Assembly (NCBI GenBank): GCA_965153455.1
Contig: OZ234493.1
Coordinates: forward strand, 34,586,213-34,650,212
Origin: Sphagnum compactum
Lineage: Eukaryota
Reading direction: 5' to 3'
DNA: 64,000 nt
The translations under genes were made by a program, and so were the position numbers. The first letter of the stretch is position 1. Each line of letters starts with the position of its first letter. Shown one piece after another: positions 48,201 to 60,123 of this stretch. Below the pieces are notes generated by a model, which searched no databases, had not been told where the DNA came from, and was given only the letters and a program-made list of their open reading frames with translations.

Positions 48201-50460
48201 TTCATGGAAGAATTCCATGGGGATGCCGTCGTGTCCAGGCGCCTTTCCTTTGGGTAGGGCGCGGATGGCATCGTGAATCTCCATTAGCATGAAGTTTCTG
48301 GTCAGGTTCGCATTTGTGTCGCCGGTGACCTTGGTCGGGACGTTTAGCCAACATTGTTCTTGGGCTTCCGCGATGTCAGGGGTGAGGGCGTCCGAGGCAT
48401 ATAGGCGGGTGTAGTAATCAGTGATATAGTGAATGAGGTCGCTTTGGCCCATGATGGTTCCGGATTCGGTCTCTAGCTCTCTCAGAAGGGCCTTCTTTTT
48501 CCCTATGCGATGGAAATCGAAAAAGGCTTTGGAGCATGTGTCTCCGTACCTGAGCCACTTGGCTGAAGAGAGATGGCGATTGAGCGCCACGGAATCTTGA
48601 AAGACTTCCGCGAGCTTGCACTGGGCGTCGGAGAGGATGTCTCTCACCTCCACGTTTGACGGGTCTCTTTGAAGTTGGATTTCCGCTAGCTGTATTTTTT
48701 TGGCATGTGTCCTAACGCGCGTGCCCTGATCACGCTTTTTTTCTCTTGCAAGACGCGTGTTGTTGTGCATGACTCTCCTGATTACCGCCTCAAGCCAGGC
48801 CGGCCAATCTTGGTCATTGACAGGGTGCGACTTATCCCCGTCCCATGCTTCCAACATCGCTTGCTTACTCTTCTCTTCGCTCAGCAAGGAGGTGTCGAAG
48901 AAGTGCGGGGGGTTGCCCGGGGGGGGGGGGGGGGGTGTTGTCCCCACACCGTGATGATTAGTGGCGAGTGGTCCGAGAGTTTTCTTATGGACGCCGCGGT
49001 CTCTATTTTGCTTCCCCTTTCGTCTATGTCTTGAGAGATCATGAATTTGTCTATTCGTGACACGGCCGAACCCGCGCCTGACCTCCCATTGTCATAGGTG
49101 TACTCCTTTTTTGACATCTTTCAGAAGCTATCGAGCCGCCACGCGTTGACCAGTCCATAATGTAAGGTCATGTGATGCCAGGAGGCTGCTTCCCTCCTGT
49201 GCATTGGTCTCTCGCCGGAGGTGCCTCTGCGGTCGGTTTCTTCATGGTGATTGAAGTCGCCTCCCACGATGATGTGGTCCGAAGTGAATTCGGCTTGGAT
49301 TATCTTCCGCCAGAGTGGGGCTCTATCGTTGGAGGAGCATGGGGCGTAGATATTGACGATGGTTAGGGACCCGTTGTCGGAGGATTGGAGCATGATGAAT
49401 TGCGCGCGTCCTTCCATCAGGATTCCGTGGTCTTTGACGAGTGGGGCGATCGCCTTGTCGACCAAAATTGATGTGTCGGCGCTCGTCCTTTGTGAGCGGC
49501 CCATGGGTATTCTTTTGTTCCAGAAGGAGGCGCCTCTCCAAAACTCGATTCCACGGGCGGAATTCTGAATTCCTTCCTTCCCGAGGTGGTGTTCTTGGAT
49601 GAGAAGGATTTGGGGGGGGGCGGAGAGTGAGGCTAGCCAGGCCTTGATTTCTTTCGGCTTGGGCGAGTCACCCCTTAGGCCCCTAACGTTGAGGGAGGCC
49701 AGAGTTAGCGGTTTCTCAATCATAGGTGAGTCGATTCCGGGCGGCTGGCTGGCCAATCGATCCCGTGGTCCTATGTGTGTCATTTGACGGTTGCTCTTGA
49801 TCCCCATCGTTCTCCTCTTGCTCAGCGCGGATGAGGGTATCCGAGGGGGAAACAACGTCGTGATGTCTAGCTTGGAGTATCTTTTTTTCCTTGCCGCCTG
49901 TGGGGAGGCTTGGATGCTCGCCGAACGATTCTTATTTTCTTGTTGGGTCGTGTTCTCTGCTTCGGTCTTCATCAACAAGTTATGCGCCGGGGCTGCAAAT
50001 TCAACCTCATTGTTCATGCCCGGTATGAGATCCAAAGCTTTCCAATGCAAGTGGCGCTTGTTCTGTATGCTCAGGGCGTTTGTTCCGGTATCTATGTGAG
50101 TTAGAATGGTGCATCCATGCCCCCTCTACTCGTCTCCTCTTGCCAGCTCCATTCCAGTTGGGGCCGGTCTTTGAGTGTTAGCCTGTACCTTAGGACCTTC
50201 TCTTCTAGTTCCACTTCTAGATGTTGCATGAGGTCCGCCTAGGCTGAGCTTTGTGACCATTCGGTTTCTGCTGGGCCCGTGATTCTTACATTGAGTGGAA
50301 GACTCGGTCGGGTTTGATTCTTGGAGTGCACTAGCGTCTCCTTCCGGGAGTTCTTCTCCCTGACCAGGACTGGCCACACTCTTGCTCTAAAGAGTTCACG
50401 GTTCGGTGGAACATGAATGCCACGGGAGGTGAAGTAGGAGGGGGGTACCTCGGAGTGCAT
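45295..50460 (-). mobile_element. LINE (L1/Tx1-type non-LTR retrotransposon), 5'-truncated and disabled
   Basis: A sharp GC-rich island containing an ORF1 tail plus ORF2 with APE endonuclease (SLNVRGL, IQEHH, NIYAP, GGDFN, SRIDK, SDHSP), RT (KAPGHDG, RPITLL, DFKKAFDR, RQGCPLAP, FADD, YLG) and a C-terminal zinc knuckle (CKVC..ESPQHCLFEC). No poly(A) tail or TSD was seen. Confidence 0.96.
45358..49723 (-). pseudogene. LINE ORF2 (APE-RT-zf) pseudogene
   Basis: In-frame stops at 49121, 48063, 46441, 46222 and 45565; frameshifts at the G17 run (48919-48935) and at ~46810; terminal TGA at 45358. Confidence 0.92.
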
Positions 50461-52299
50461 GTCTCATAAATAATCTTAGAGAGGACACTGAAGTGATTAC
50501 GGCCGCATTTCTACGCTTGAATCCTTTCCTTCCCTATTTGTGTTTGTTTTCCTCAACATTTGTGTGTTGTTTGTTACTGCAAGAACTCTAAGATCGTCAT
50601 AGTTTAACTTCTCTACCATTATCTCTCTTCTTTCTTTTTCCCTACCTCCGTCAAGTGCAACTTGTTTTGTTGTATAGTCGTCTCACTACCAAAAGTGTTG
50701 GAGCTCCTTGAGTTTGTAGCATTGGAACAAGCCAAGAAGGCTCAAGAAACATCACTTTGAGTGTGTTCATTCTTGGGCAACAACACACACAAAGTGCATT
50801 GCCGTCACATGAAGTTTGACAACAATCAAGAAGGTTCACACCCTCCCAGCTCCTCTTTCCTTCCCCCTGTTTGTGTGTTTTTCTTTTTGCATGTATGTCC
50901 ATCTGTCTTGCCATCACCATTGCGCTCACGTTGTTGTAGGAACAAAGGCAAAATGTGAAGGTTAATAATTATCAAGAGGGCTAAAGCTCTCCTAGCTCCT
51001 CTTTCATTTCCCCTTATCTTCATCCTATCTATGGTTTATCCGTTTCTTTTGTCATCACCATTGTCATGTTTGTGTTTTATTGTAGGAACAAAGGCAAAGG
51101 GTTCATGTTGACAACAATCAGGAAAACGTTAAAAGAACATGGGCTCTCCTAGCTCCTTTTTACATCCCCAGTTTGTTTGTTCGCGTGTCTGTTGCCATTG
51201 CCATTGTTCTACAATTAGGAAGGCCCGAACTTTTCCAACTTTTTTTTGCCTCCATGGTTTGTTTATCCACATGTCTATCACCATCGCCACTGCTCTATAA
51301 TCAAGAGGGCCTAAACTCTCCCATCTCTCTATGTTCATTTGTGAAATGTTGTCGCCATGTTTCTGATGTTAATCACTCATGGATCACCATGCTAGTGCTT
51401 TGTCCCCCATCAGCATCTCATTGTGGATGTTGTTGTCATTCAAGTACGAAGGTGCGTCGTGCAAAGGTCGACAACACTCCAGAACGCCGGAGCTTGATAC
51501 ACTACACCAAAATGCGTCATAATTCATTTTAGGTTTCACTAGAGTTTGAGTGAATTTGGACATTTTTACTATGGTGAAACTAATCAACCCCCTAATGAAC
51601 AGGGACCAATTGTTATGGACAGTGAATCGATCCATTATTACCTATTGAAATACAAATTTACCAAGTCATTTCACTTACTAGTTAACTAACTAGGCAGCAT
51701 GAAAATCAATTAAATTTAAATTATTTAATACTTAATGTAATACTTAATATTATTGATAATTTCATGATTTGTTGGCCTATGAATTATTGACATGTGTCAC
51801 TACTTATGTTAGGTTTAAAACTTAGCCTAGGTACATAGGCCATGTAATCAACCTAAGTAAGCACTTTACTTTAGGGAATTACATAAGACAATATTTAGTC
51901 AACTTACCATTGTTGACCACAAACACACCAGTTGTGAAGTTTGACCCTTTAACCTTTAAGATGGAAGCAAACACCTCTACCATCAAGCCATCACACATAT
52001 TGTGATAATGTGTTACATTGCATTTTATTTATCAAATACTTCATTTTAAACATTACAAAAATATAAACTTTGAAAATGCATATCTTATTGAGATTTTGTT
52101 TAAATGAAATGATTAAAGTTTAATTTAAAAGTTTTTTCAATAATGTACATAATTACATTTATTTCCTTTTGAAATTGTAAAATCATTTCAACAAATTTTT
52201 TTTTAATATCCCTATTCAATAACATTTCAATGACCATTCTTTTGAAAAAGAAAATGTTTAATAAATGGATAATTTTTTGCTAATATAATAATACTACAT

Positions 52300-53450
52300 A
52301 TGTTAGGCTACTTTCAACTATTCTAGGGCTACTTTTCATTGTTCTAAGTTATTTCACCCTACATTATTTATGGCTATTTATGGTTATTTTTAAATTTTTG
52401 GTTATTTTTCATTATTTCATCCGAGTTTACTTTCGGTTATTCTAAGTTATTTTTGGCTATTTTATGAAACTTGTGACTATTTTAGGTTATTTCACCTTAG
52501 GCTATTTTCGACTATTGAAAATTATTTTTGGTTATTCTATGTTATTGTTAGCTATTATAAGCTATTTCACTTTAGGTTATTTGTGATTATTATAACTTTT
52601 AAAAGTTATTCTATGTTATTTTTGGCTATTATAGGTTATTTCATCTAGATTTTTTGTGATTATTATAAGTTATTTTTTGTTATTATAAGTTATTTCATCT
52701 TAGATTATTTTCGGCTATGTGAGGTTATTCATAAGTATCTTTGGCTATTGAAGGTTATTTCACCTTATGTTATTATTGGCTATTATAAGTTATATTTCCA
52801 TAGGTTATTTGTCATTATTCTATTGATGACTATTGTTGGTTATTGTATTGGTGGTTATTGATGTCTATTCTATTGGTGGTTATTAGTGTCTATTATATTG
52901 GTGATTATTGGTGGTTATTTTATTGGTGATGATTGGTGGTTATTCTATTGGTGACTATTGGTGGTTATTCTATTAGTGACTATTAATGGTTAATCTATTA
53001 ATGGGTAATCTACTAATGGGTAATCTATTAATGGGTATTGGGAATTATTCTAGTGGTGGCCATTAATGGTTATTTTATTAATGGCTATTAGTAATTATTT
53101 TATTGGTGGCTATTAATGGCTATTTTATTGGTGACTATTAATGGTTATTATATTAATGGCTATTAGTGGCTGTTGATGGTTATTTTATTGGTGACTATTA
53201 GTGGGTATTCTATTAATGGCTATCAGTGGCTATTATATTAATGGTTATTGGTGGTTATTATATTAATGGCTATTAGTAGTTATTCTATTGGTGACTATTA
53301 TTGATTATTTTAGGTTAAATTACCATAAGCTATTAATGGTTATTAATGGGTATTGGTGGTTATTAATGGCTATTATATTACTGGTTATTAGTGGGTATTT
53401 TATTAGTGGCTATTAGTGGCTATTGTTGGTTATTCTATTGTAGGCCATTG
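52300..53450. repeat. Degenerate AT-rich minisatellite (GGTTATT/GGCTATT core, ~12-13 bp subunits)
   Basis: Dozens of GG(T/C)TATT cores. The array grades from a TTATTTCACCTTAGG type to a TATTGGTGGTTATT type. Confidence 0.92.
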
Positions 53451-53850
53451 AGACAATAAAAAAAAACACCTTTCATCTTCTACACTACCTAGAACCGTTG
53501 CCATTGAAAGTTGTATGGATTTTAGCCACTTTGAAAGCTTGTGACAAATGATCTGACTAATAGTTAGCAATGCCCACATCTTGAAACATGGATTGCAATC
53601 TAAGGGAAGTTTCCTTGTTGTTGCAAAGTTGGCTAGCATCATCATTTTGAAGAAAGAGGCTTGAACATTTAATTTTAGTTCATTAAACAAACGTGGGATG
53701 TAGATTTGGTTGGCCCAAATGTTCTTCCCATGACAATAATGAGTTTACAAAATGCCAAGTTGTGCCAAAAAAATATGTTTAACTTTTGGTTGAACCCAAA
53801 ATTTGGAATAAATAATTTCAATGGCATTCATAATTTCTTGTGAAGGTAAT
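53450..53850 (-). pseudogene. hAT transposase C-terminal remnant embedded in the satellite
   Basis: LNVQASFFKMMMLAN..PLDCNP..KMW..KLSKWLK..LSMATVLGSVEDERCF is cut off abruptly at the satellite junction. Confidence 0.75.
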
Positions 53851-54239
53851 TATCACAGAAACTCATCAATTAAACCCTAAGCAACACTTATGCAATATTA
53901 TCACACAATGCATTTTCCATGAACCAGCTAATCTTAGAAACCTAGCTCAAAGCACTTCTGATGGTGCATATTTTGTATTGCAATATAATATAAGTATGTC
54001 CATAAAAATGAAAAGTTATGTATTCAAACTTAGTGTTATGTTCAATAAACCAATTATGATGCAAAAGATTATTAAAGTTTCCACAATGTCTAAAAACTAT
54101 TCAATTTTTTTTTCCCATACATGGTTTGCTTATCACAATACATTTGATACAATTTTCTTTCACATTCTTTCATGGCAACAACAAAACCACATACGAAAAT
54201 GTTTTGATTTTGAGCAAAGTTTGATAAACTTTGGACAAT

Positions 54240-55060
54240 TTCTAGTTATCTTATTGGTGGCTATTGATGGTTAATCTATTAGTGGCTTTTAGTGGCTATT
54301 AGTGGATATTTTATTAATGATTATTGGTGGTTAATTCTATTGGTGGTTATTAATGGCTATTTTATTAATGGTTATTGGTGGTTAATTTTATTGGTGATTA
54401 TTAATGGCTATTTTATTGATGGTTATTGGTGGTTATTAGTGGTTATTCTATTGGTGGTTATTAGTGGCTATTTTATTAATGGTTATTGGTGGTTATTCTA
54501 TTGTTGGCTATTAGTGACTATTTTATTAATGGTTAATAGTGGTTATTTTATTGGTGGCTACTGTATTATAAATTATTGTTGGATATTGTAGGGTATATTA
54601 TCATAGGCTATTGGTAGTTATTTTATTGTAGGTTATTCTAAATTATTTTTCATAGGCTATTATTGGCTATTCTAGGTTATTTTACCTTAGGTCATTATAT
54701 TTTATTTTAGATTATCTTAAATTTTTATACTTAGGATAAAATAACTTATAATAATATAACATATAATGACCTTGAATAACCTAAAGTATAACTCGAAATA
54801 ACATACATTAATTTAAAATAAAATAATTTCAGGTATAGCTTAAGGTTAGTTGAATAATTTAATTTAGATAACTTAAAGTAAAAAGCCTATAATAAGCTAG
54901 TTCGGATACCTTAAATTAGAATAATGTATAATAGTTTAAGGTATAATAATTTATAATAGCCTATAATAATTTATAATAATTCAAGGTATAAGTTAGAACA
55001 ACTAAGGTAGCTCAAAATAATATAAGGTATATCATAAAGTAACATAAGGTATTTAAAACA
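54240..55060. repeat. Continuation of the minisatellite; the last part (~54740-55060) is in inverted orientation
   Basis: The same GGTTATT/GGCTATT cores run to ~54720, followed by AATAACC/AATAGCC cores. Confidence 0.85.
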
Positions 55061-56245
55061 ACAACATAAAAATAAACCTATTTACCACAATAAATTATAA
55101 TGATGAATTATGTTAATTAATAGTGAAACACAATGTTCACATAGTGATATTATAGTGAAATAATTTTAACCAAAGTGAAATCATTAAATTACAGTGAACT
55201 TATTTCACTTTTAAGGTCCCATAGTGATTTAGGCTAGTGAACTACACCCCAATTTTGTAGTAATGATAGTAGTCAGGAACGCCTAGGTTCCACAATAATC
55301 AAAAGGGCTTCAATGCATCTTTCATTTTTTTTTTCCACCTTAAACCTCCATCACCAAATTCCTTTTGAATGCATGTTCTCTTTTTTGTTTGCAACCCTTA
55401 CCCTCCTCTGCCAAAATCAGCCTCTTGAATGCACCTTTGATTTTCATTATCACCGTAACCTCATGTGTTAAAACCTTCCAAAATGCACCCTCCATTTCCA
55501 CTTTGTGACCTTAAACCTCCTCCACCACTGTCCTCTAAAATGCATCCTCCATTTACATTATGGGTGTAAACAAGATACAATGAGCCAACATGATTATTAT
55601 AGAAAAGAACTATATGTTTTTTCTCCCAATTTTTTTTTTCCCATATGAATGAATTTTGGAACAATGTTCTTGCAACTTGTTATAATAAATGATTATAATT
55701 GTCCAAGTACATGACATGTATTTTTCTTCATTATTTTTGAATAAATATGAATTTTTGAAAATGTTCTGATCCTTGTAAATTTAGTGTTTCATTTTTTTAA
55801 ATGATAATTATTTTAAATCATAACCAATTTTTATTCTTTTACATTTTTATGTTATTTTGTATAATAAACTACAAATTTTCTTAACACATCATGTACATTT
55901 TACCCCATTTATGTTTGGCAAAAGACTTTTGAAGCTTTAAAATTCTAATCGAATTTGATAAATTTTTTGAATTTTTAAAGTTTTTGAATTCCACATATTT
56001 TAGGGCATGAGTGATTTTTTAATGTGATTAATAGGTCTTTATCCTCTTAATTTTTTTCTCATCAAATGTGTTTTATTATATGAGTCCTTTTGAAAGTCTT
56101 TTACATAATTGAGTCATGTCTTACTTGTTGTTCACTTTTAAAGGTTCTAAATCAAAACTTATACGTAAATTTTCATCAAATGTATTTTTTGTTTAAATTC
56201 TTTAACATTCACATGAATGAAAAAATAATAACTTGCCATGGATAT

Positions 56246-57032
56246 TGTCATGACCTTAATCTTGGGCTCGTGACCAAGGCAAGGGGTATGGAAAGGTGCA
56301 AATGAGAGTGCAACTCAAAAGTCACATTCACACTCCCAGGAATGTGGGTGAATGTGAGAGAACGAGCTCACACACTCCCAAGTGGGCCCCCACTTTGGGA
56401 GTTGGAGTCCTGATGAATTCCCAAATTTTCAGAGAGCAATTTGAAAGGTCAAAACCCATTGGATTGAAAAGTTATTTATACCATTGAAAAGCTCTTGAGA
56501 CGTAAATGTCTAAAATGAACTCACATGATCCATTCCAATACTTACAACACAAGTTATGGTCGAAAAAAAGGTCGAAAGTTAGTGTTAATTTGACTCTCAA
56601 CCACTAAAAGTCGAGAATCGCTCTGAATTCCCAATTTCAGGAATTTCGGGACTCTAATTGGGAGTCCCAAGAAAAATGACATTGGGGTGTAGCCCCCATG
56701 TCCATTCACATAGTATACTATAAGGGGGAAGGTGGTGCCTTCCCCCAAATTCGGGTCGTGGTGAGTTTTGTTAATTCATGTATATTCGTGGTTCGTCCGT
56801 GCACTCAAAATGCTCCAACTATGCACTAACCAACTTGTTGTTTGGTTTGTGCAAATCTATATGAATAATTGACCCGCTTGTCATTCATCCTAGTTCCCTT
56901 CCCAGAGCTCCAGCACGCCCCTCTACCCTCGAAATGTTGCGAGTAAGGGAACGTACCCCAACTCCTTTTTCTTTTGTTGTTTTCATTTTGGGATTCGCAT
57001 TTGAGTCAATCAAAGAGTTTTGGGGTGCATTA
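56246..57032. mobile_element. ~790 bp GC-richer interspersed element (solo-LTR-like)
   Basis: Abrupt composition shift; starts TGTCA and ends GGTGCATTA (possibly a mutated TCA). It splits a host repeat whose ~55 bp units (AATGCACC.TCCATTT..CCTTAAACCTCCTC) occur on both sides, at 55310-55560 and 57100-57250. No TSD was found. Confidence 0.55.
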
Positions 57033-57450
57033 ATTACCATGGCTCTAAATGGCAAAACATAAATATTTATCCAATTTTGATTATTTTTCTTTGTGGTCTA
57101 ATTCCTTCCATTTTGTCACTTTAAACCTCCTCTGCCAAAATCCTCCTAAATGCACCTTCCATTTCTTTTGTATCACCTTAAACCCCTTTTATCAAAATAT
57201 TCTTGAATGCACCCTTGTTTTCTTTTCTACCACCTTGAATTTCCATTGCCTTCTAGTTTCACCTCATTCTTTTAGATAATCTTTCCCAATTTTGTAGACA
57301 TTTTTTTCACTTTGCCTCTACTTTCTAAACATAAAACCCATTACCATCTGCAAACATTCTTCTTTCCTTTACCTCAATTTTTTTTGGCATTGACATCTAT
57401 AAACAATTTGACTCCCATTGTTTTTGTTTCTCCTTTTCTTAACACACTAA

Positions 57451-60123
57451 CACTAGAAAAAATGTTGTCAATTTTGACCATATTTTTGTGACTAGTGTTT
57501 AAACCAACTTAATTTAGGACTAGCATGTGTTAGTCCTATGTGTCCATGTAGTTACAACTTGTTGTAGTTACATATGCAACTACAAGAAGGGTTGAACCAA
57601 ATTCTAGTCATAGATGTGACCACAACTTATGACTAATACAATTTTCATTGAAAATGTAGATGAAAAGTGAACAATGTCATCCACTTTTGATTGCATCCAT
57701 CAATGGATGATAATGTAATTATTTTCATAACTATAATAAAAATAATATATTCTATCACATGTACAAAGAAACATAGACCACACATGGCAACTTTGTTATT
57801 TCAATTGGACTATTATCCCTTCAATGTACCCATCCATGGGTCATCTTTGCAATTATCCATGGGTCTTCCATGATATAATATTTAATAGCTAATAGGTTGC
57901 TAAAAAAGGCTAAATTATAACCTAGTTGGTAAACTAAACTAGGTAAACTAAATAAGTTACATTAAACTAAATAGGCCTATGTACATTGGTAACCTAACTT
58001 AGCTTGCATACTTAGTTAATTGGCCTAAATTATCTATAGGTAATAGTAGGATAGGTATTAGTAGGTAGTAAATAGGTCGGTAAGCTAAGCAAGAAGTATT
58101 TTATTTTGTGGATATGTCATAATGTTTTTATATCAATTGATTAATTAAATGCATATCTCATAGAGAACCCACAAAGAAAAACACACTGGTTGTGGATATT
58201 CATGCCTACAAATCTACACCAATCACACAATCTAGCAAAAAAAATTAATTAATTGTAAAATTTACAAAGCATAGACAAACAATGCTTAAGGTTTAAGGCT
58301 TAAACTTGGCAAGTGACAAAACAAGAACATGTTTTCCAAAAAAACATTGAAAGTGAAGGGAAAGAAATTGCTTGAAATGTTGTTGGAGGATTAGGTAGTG
58401 GAAGATGTTTTGCCATTACCCAAGACAAACATTTTTAGAATGGGGAATGCATCCAAAGCAATAAATAAATAAAAATGACAATACCAAAAAAATCTGAATT
58501 TGATCCCAACTCTATAGAATTAGACCTTGAACTGCAGAGGTGCATGTGCCAAAGGTTGCTGTGTCAAGCATATAGAACAATGTAAATGAAACTTTAACAA
58601 TGTAGGAACCCAATGCTAAAACATTGTAAGTGAAGCTTCAATAGTGCAAGAACCTAATGTTAAGTAAATTCAATGAAAAGTTGAAATTCAACATCAAAAG
58701 AGGAAAACAAATGTAAAGAAAAAGTTTTAGAACATTAATACAAGAAGACTTGGATGCCATAGATCTTCACTATCCTTCTAAAAGAAGAAGTTCAAGTTAA
58801 CATCTTCAACTATATTGGAGCTTGAGGTGCCAATGCCAAACAAACAGACACCATGTTAGTTCTTTCAATTCTAGTTGCAATATTTATGTTACTATTAAGT
58901 TAATAAAGCTAAAACTAGAAGAAGTTGCAAAGCCAATGTATGGTGGAGGATAGAAAAGTTGGAGAGTGAACTTACAAAAGCATGCCCAACATGTCTTTGA
59001 AATATAACGTGTTGTACATTCACGAATAACAAGCACTTTGCACATGTTGTGTCTGTAGCAACATTTGGAGAGAACGATGGTGAGTACTCAAAAAAGGTGT
59101 ATCACCATTGCCATCACCATTGACAATTTCTCTGAAATCCCTAACTCACTTCACGTATTTTGTGTTTTCAAAGCACTCGGAGAAAGCAATGGCAAGCACT
59201 TAGAAATGTCGTATTGCCACCAAGATAGTTTTTTCGAAAACCCTATTTTGTTTCACACATGTTTCCAGCAACACTCAAAGAAAATGTTGATGAATACTCA
59301 AAAAGGGAGTATCACCATCACCATCGAGAGAGCTTTTCTAAGAACCTTAACTCCCTTTACGCATGTTGTGTTTGTAGCAACACTTGGAGAGAGCGATGGT
59401 CAACACTAAGAAAAGACTTATTGCCATTGCCATCGACATGTTCCCTGAAAACCCCTAACTTTGGTGAAAGATGGAAAAATCTAGCCCCACCAAAATCGAT
59501 GGCTCCTATTGTTTAAATTTCAAATTAAATGATGTTGTTGATTTGTTGAAAATGGGGTTCAAGAACTTGTGATCCTTGTATGGAATCCCAAAGAATGCCA
59601 AAAAGTTTTTGTTGGATATTTATAGTACTAAAAATTCATTTTTTTAATGAATATTCAACATAAATAAATGTTACTTGAAATGCCCTACTAGGAGAAATCA
59701 AAGTCAAGTTAAAAAATTCAAAAAAAAAATTCCTAATCCATGTGGCACTATTAGGACTACATTTCTTGATGTTGATAAAAAATTATTGTGACACATTTCA
59801 CTATGTTTGTCTATTTTCTTCCCTATGTAAAAATCATTGGATTCCTTTAAAATAGGGAATAAAATCAAATTGGTTTAAGAAATGTTCCTATTGGTTTCCT
59901 ACGTTCATGACCCCAAAAAGTGACTTTCCTGAAACTTTTAATATCGGAAAGGGGTAGGAACATCAAAACATGTCCAAATCTTATGGGACATGACCCATTT
60001 TAATATCCCAAAGATGCATAATGTAATAATATGGGCCAATTTTTAAAATACCAAACTATGTGATCACAAATTAGTCCTAAAGTTCATTCCTTCCATGAAA
60101 CGGGATATGTGACATTCCTAGTG
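57451..60123. mobile_element. Possible second CACTA-like non-autonomous element
   Basis: Ends are CACTAGAAAAAATG and CATTCCTAGTG, with inverted TAGGACTA/TGTGA motifs near both ends. The 3 bp flanks do not match (TAA vs GTA). Confidence 0.4.
59040..59460 (+). repeat. Diverged ~105 bp tandem repeat, ~4 copies
   Basis: Recurrent GCAACACTTGGAGAGA.CGATGG..ACTCAAAAA..CATTGCCATC..AA.CCCTAACT. Confidence 0.75.

Larger units (their letters stand above)
51500..55262. mobile_element. Non-autonomous CACTA-like element containing a satellite array and a hAT fragment
   Basis: Left end CACTACACCAAAATG; right end AATTTTGTAGTA (reverse complement TACTACAAAATT). Flanks ATA and ATG fit a 3 bp TSD with one transition. 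Subterminal TTCACTA / TAGTGAA motifs are clustered at both ends. Confidence 0.65.

Noticed and set aside
48919..48935. G17 run causing a frameshift in LINE ORF2, as a possible programmed frameshift
   Set aside because: Homopolymer slippage or a sequencing error is simpler, and the ORF has several other disabling lesions.
54292..54591. 99 aa hydrophobic ORF with repeated INGYWWLILL
   Set aside because: It is a translation of the GGTTATT satellite.
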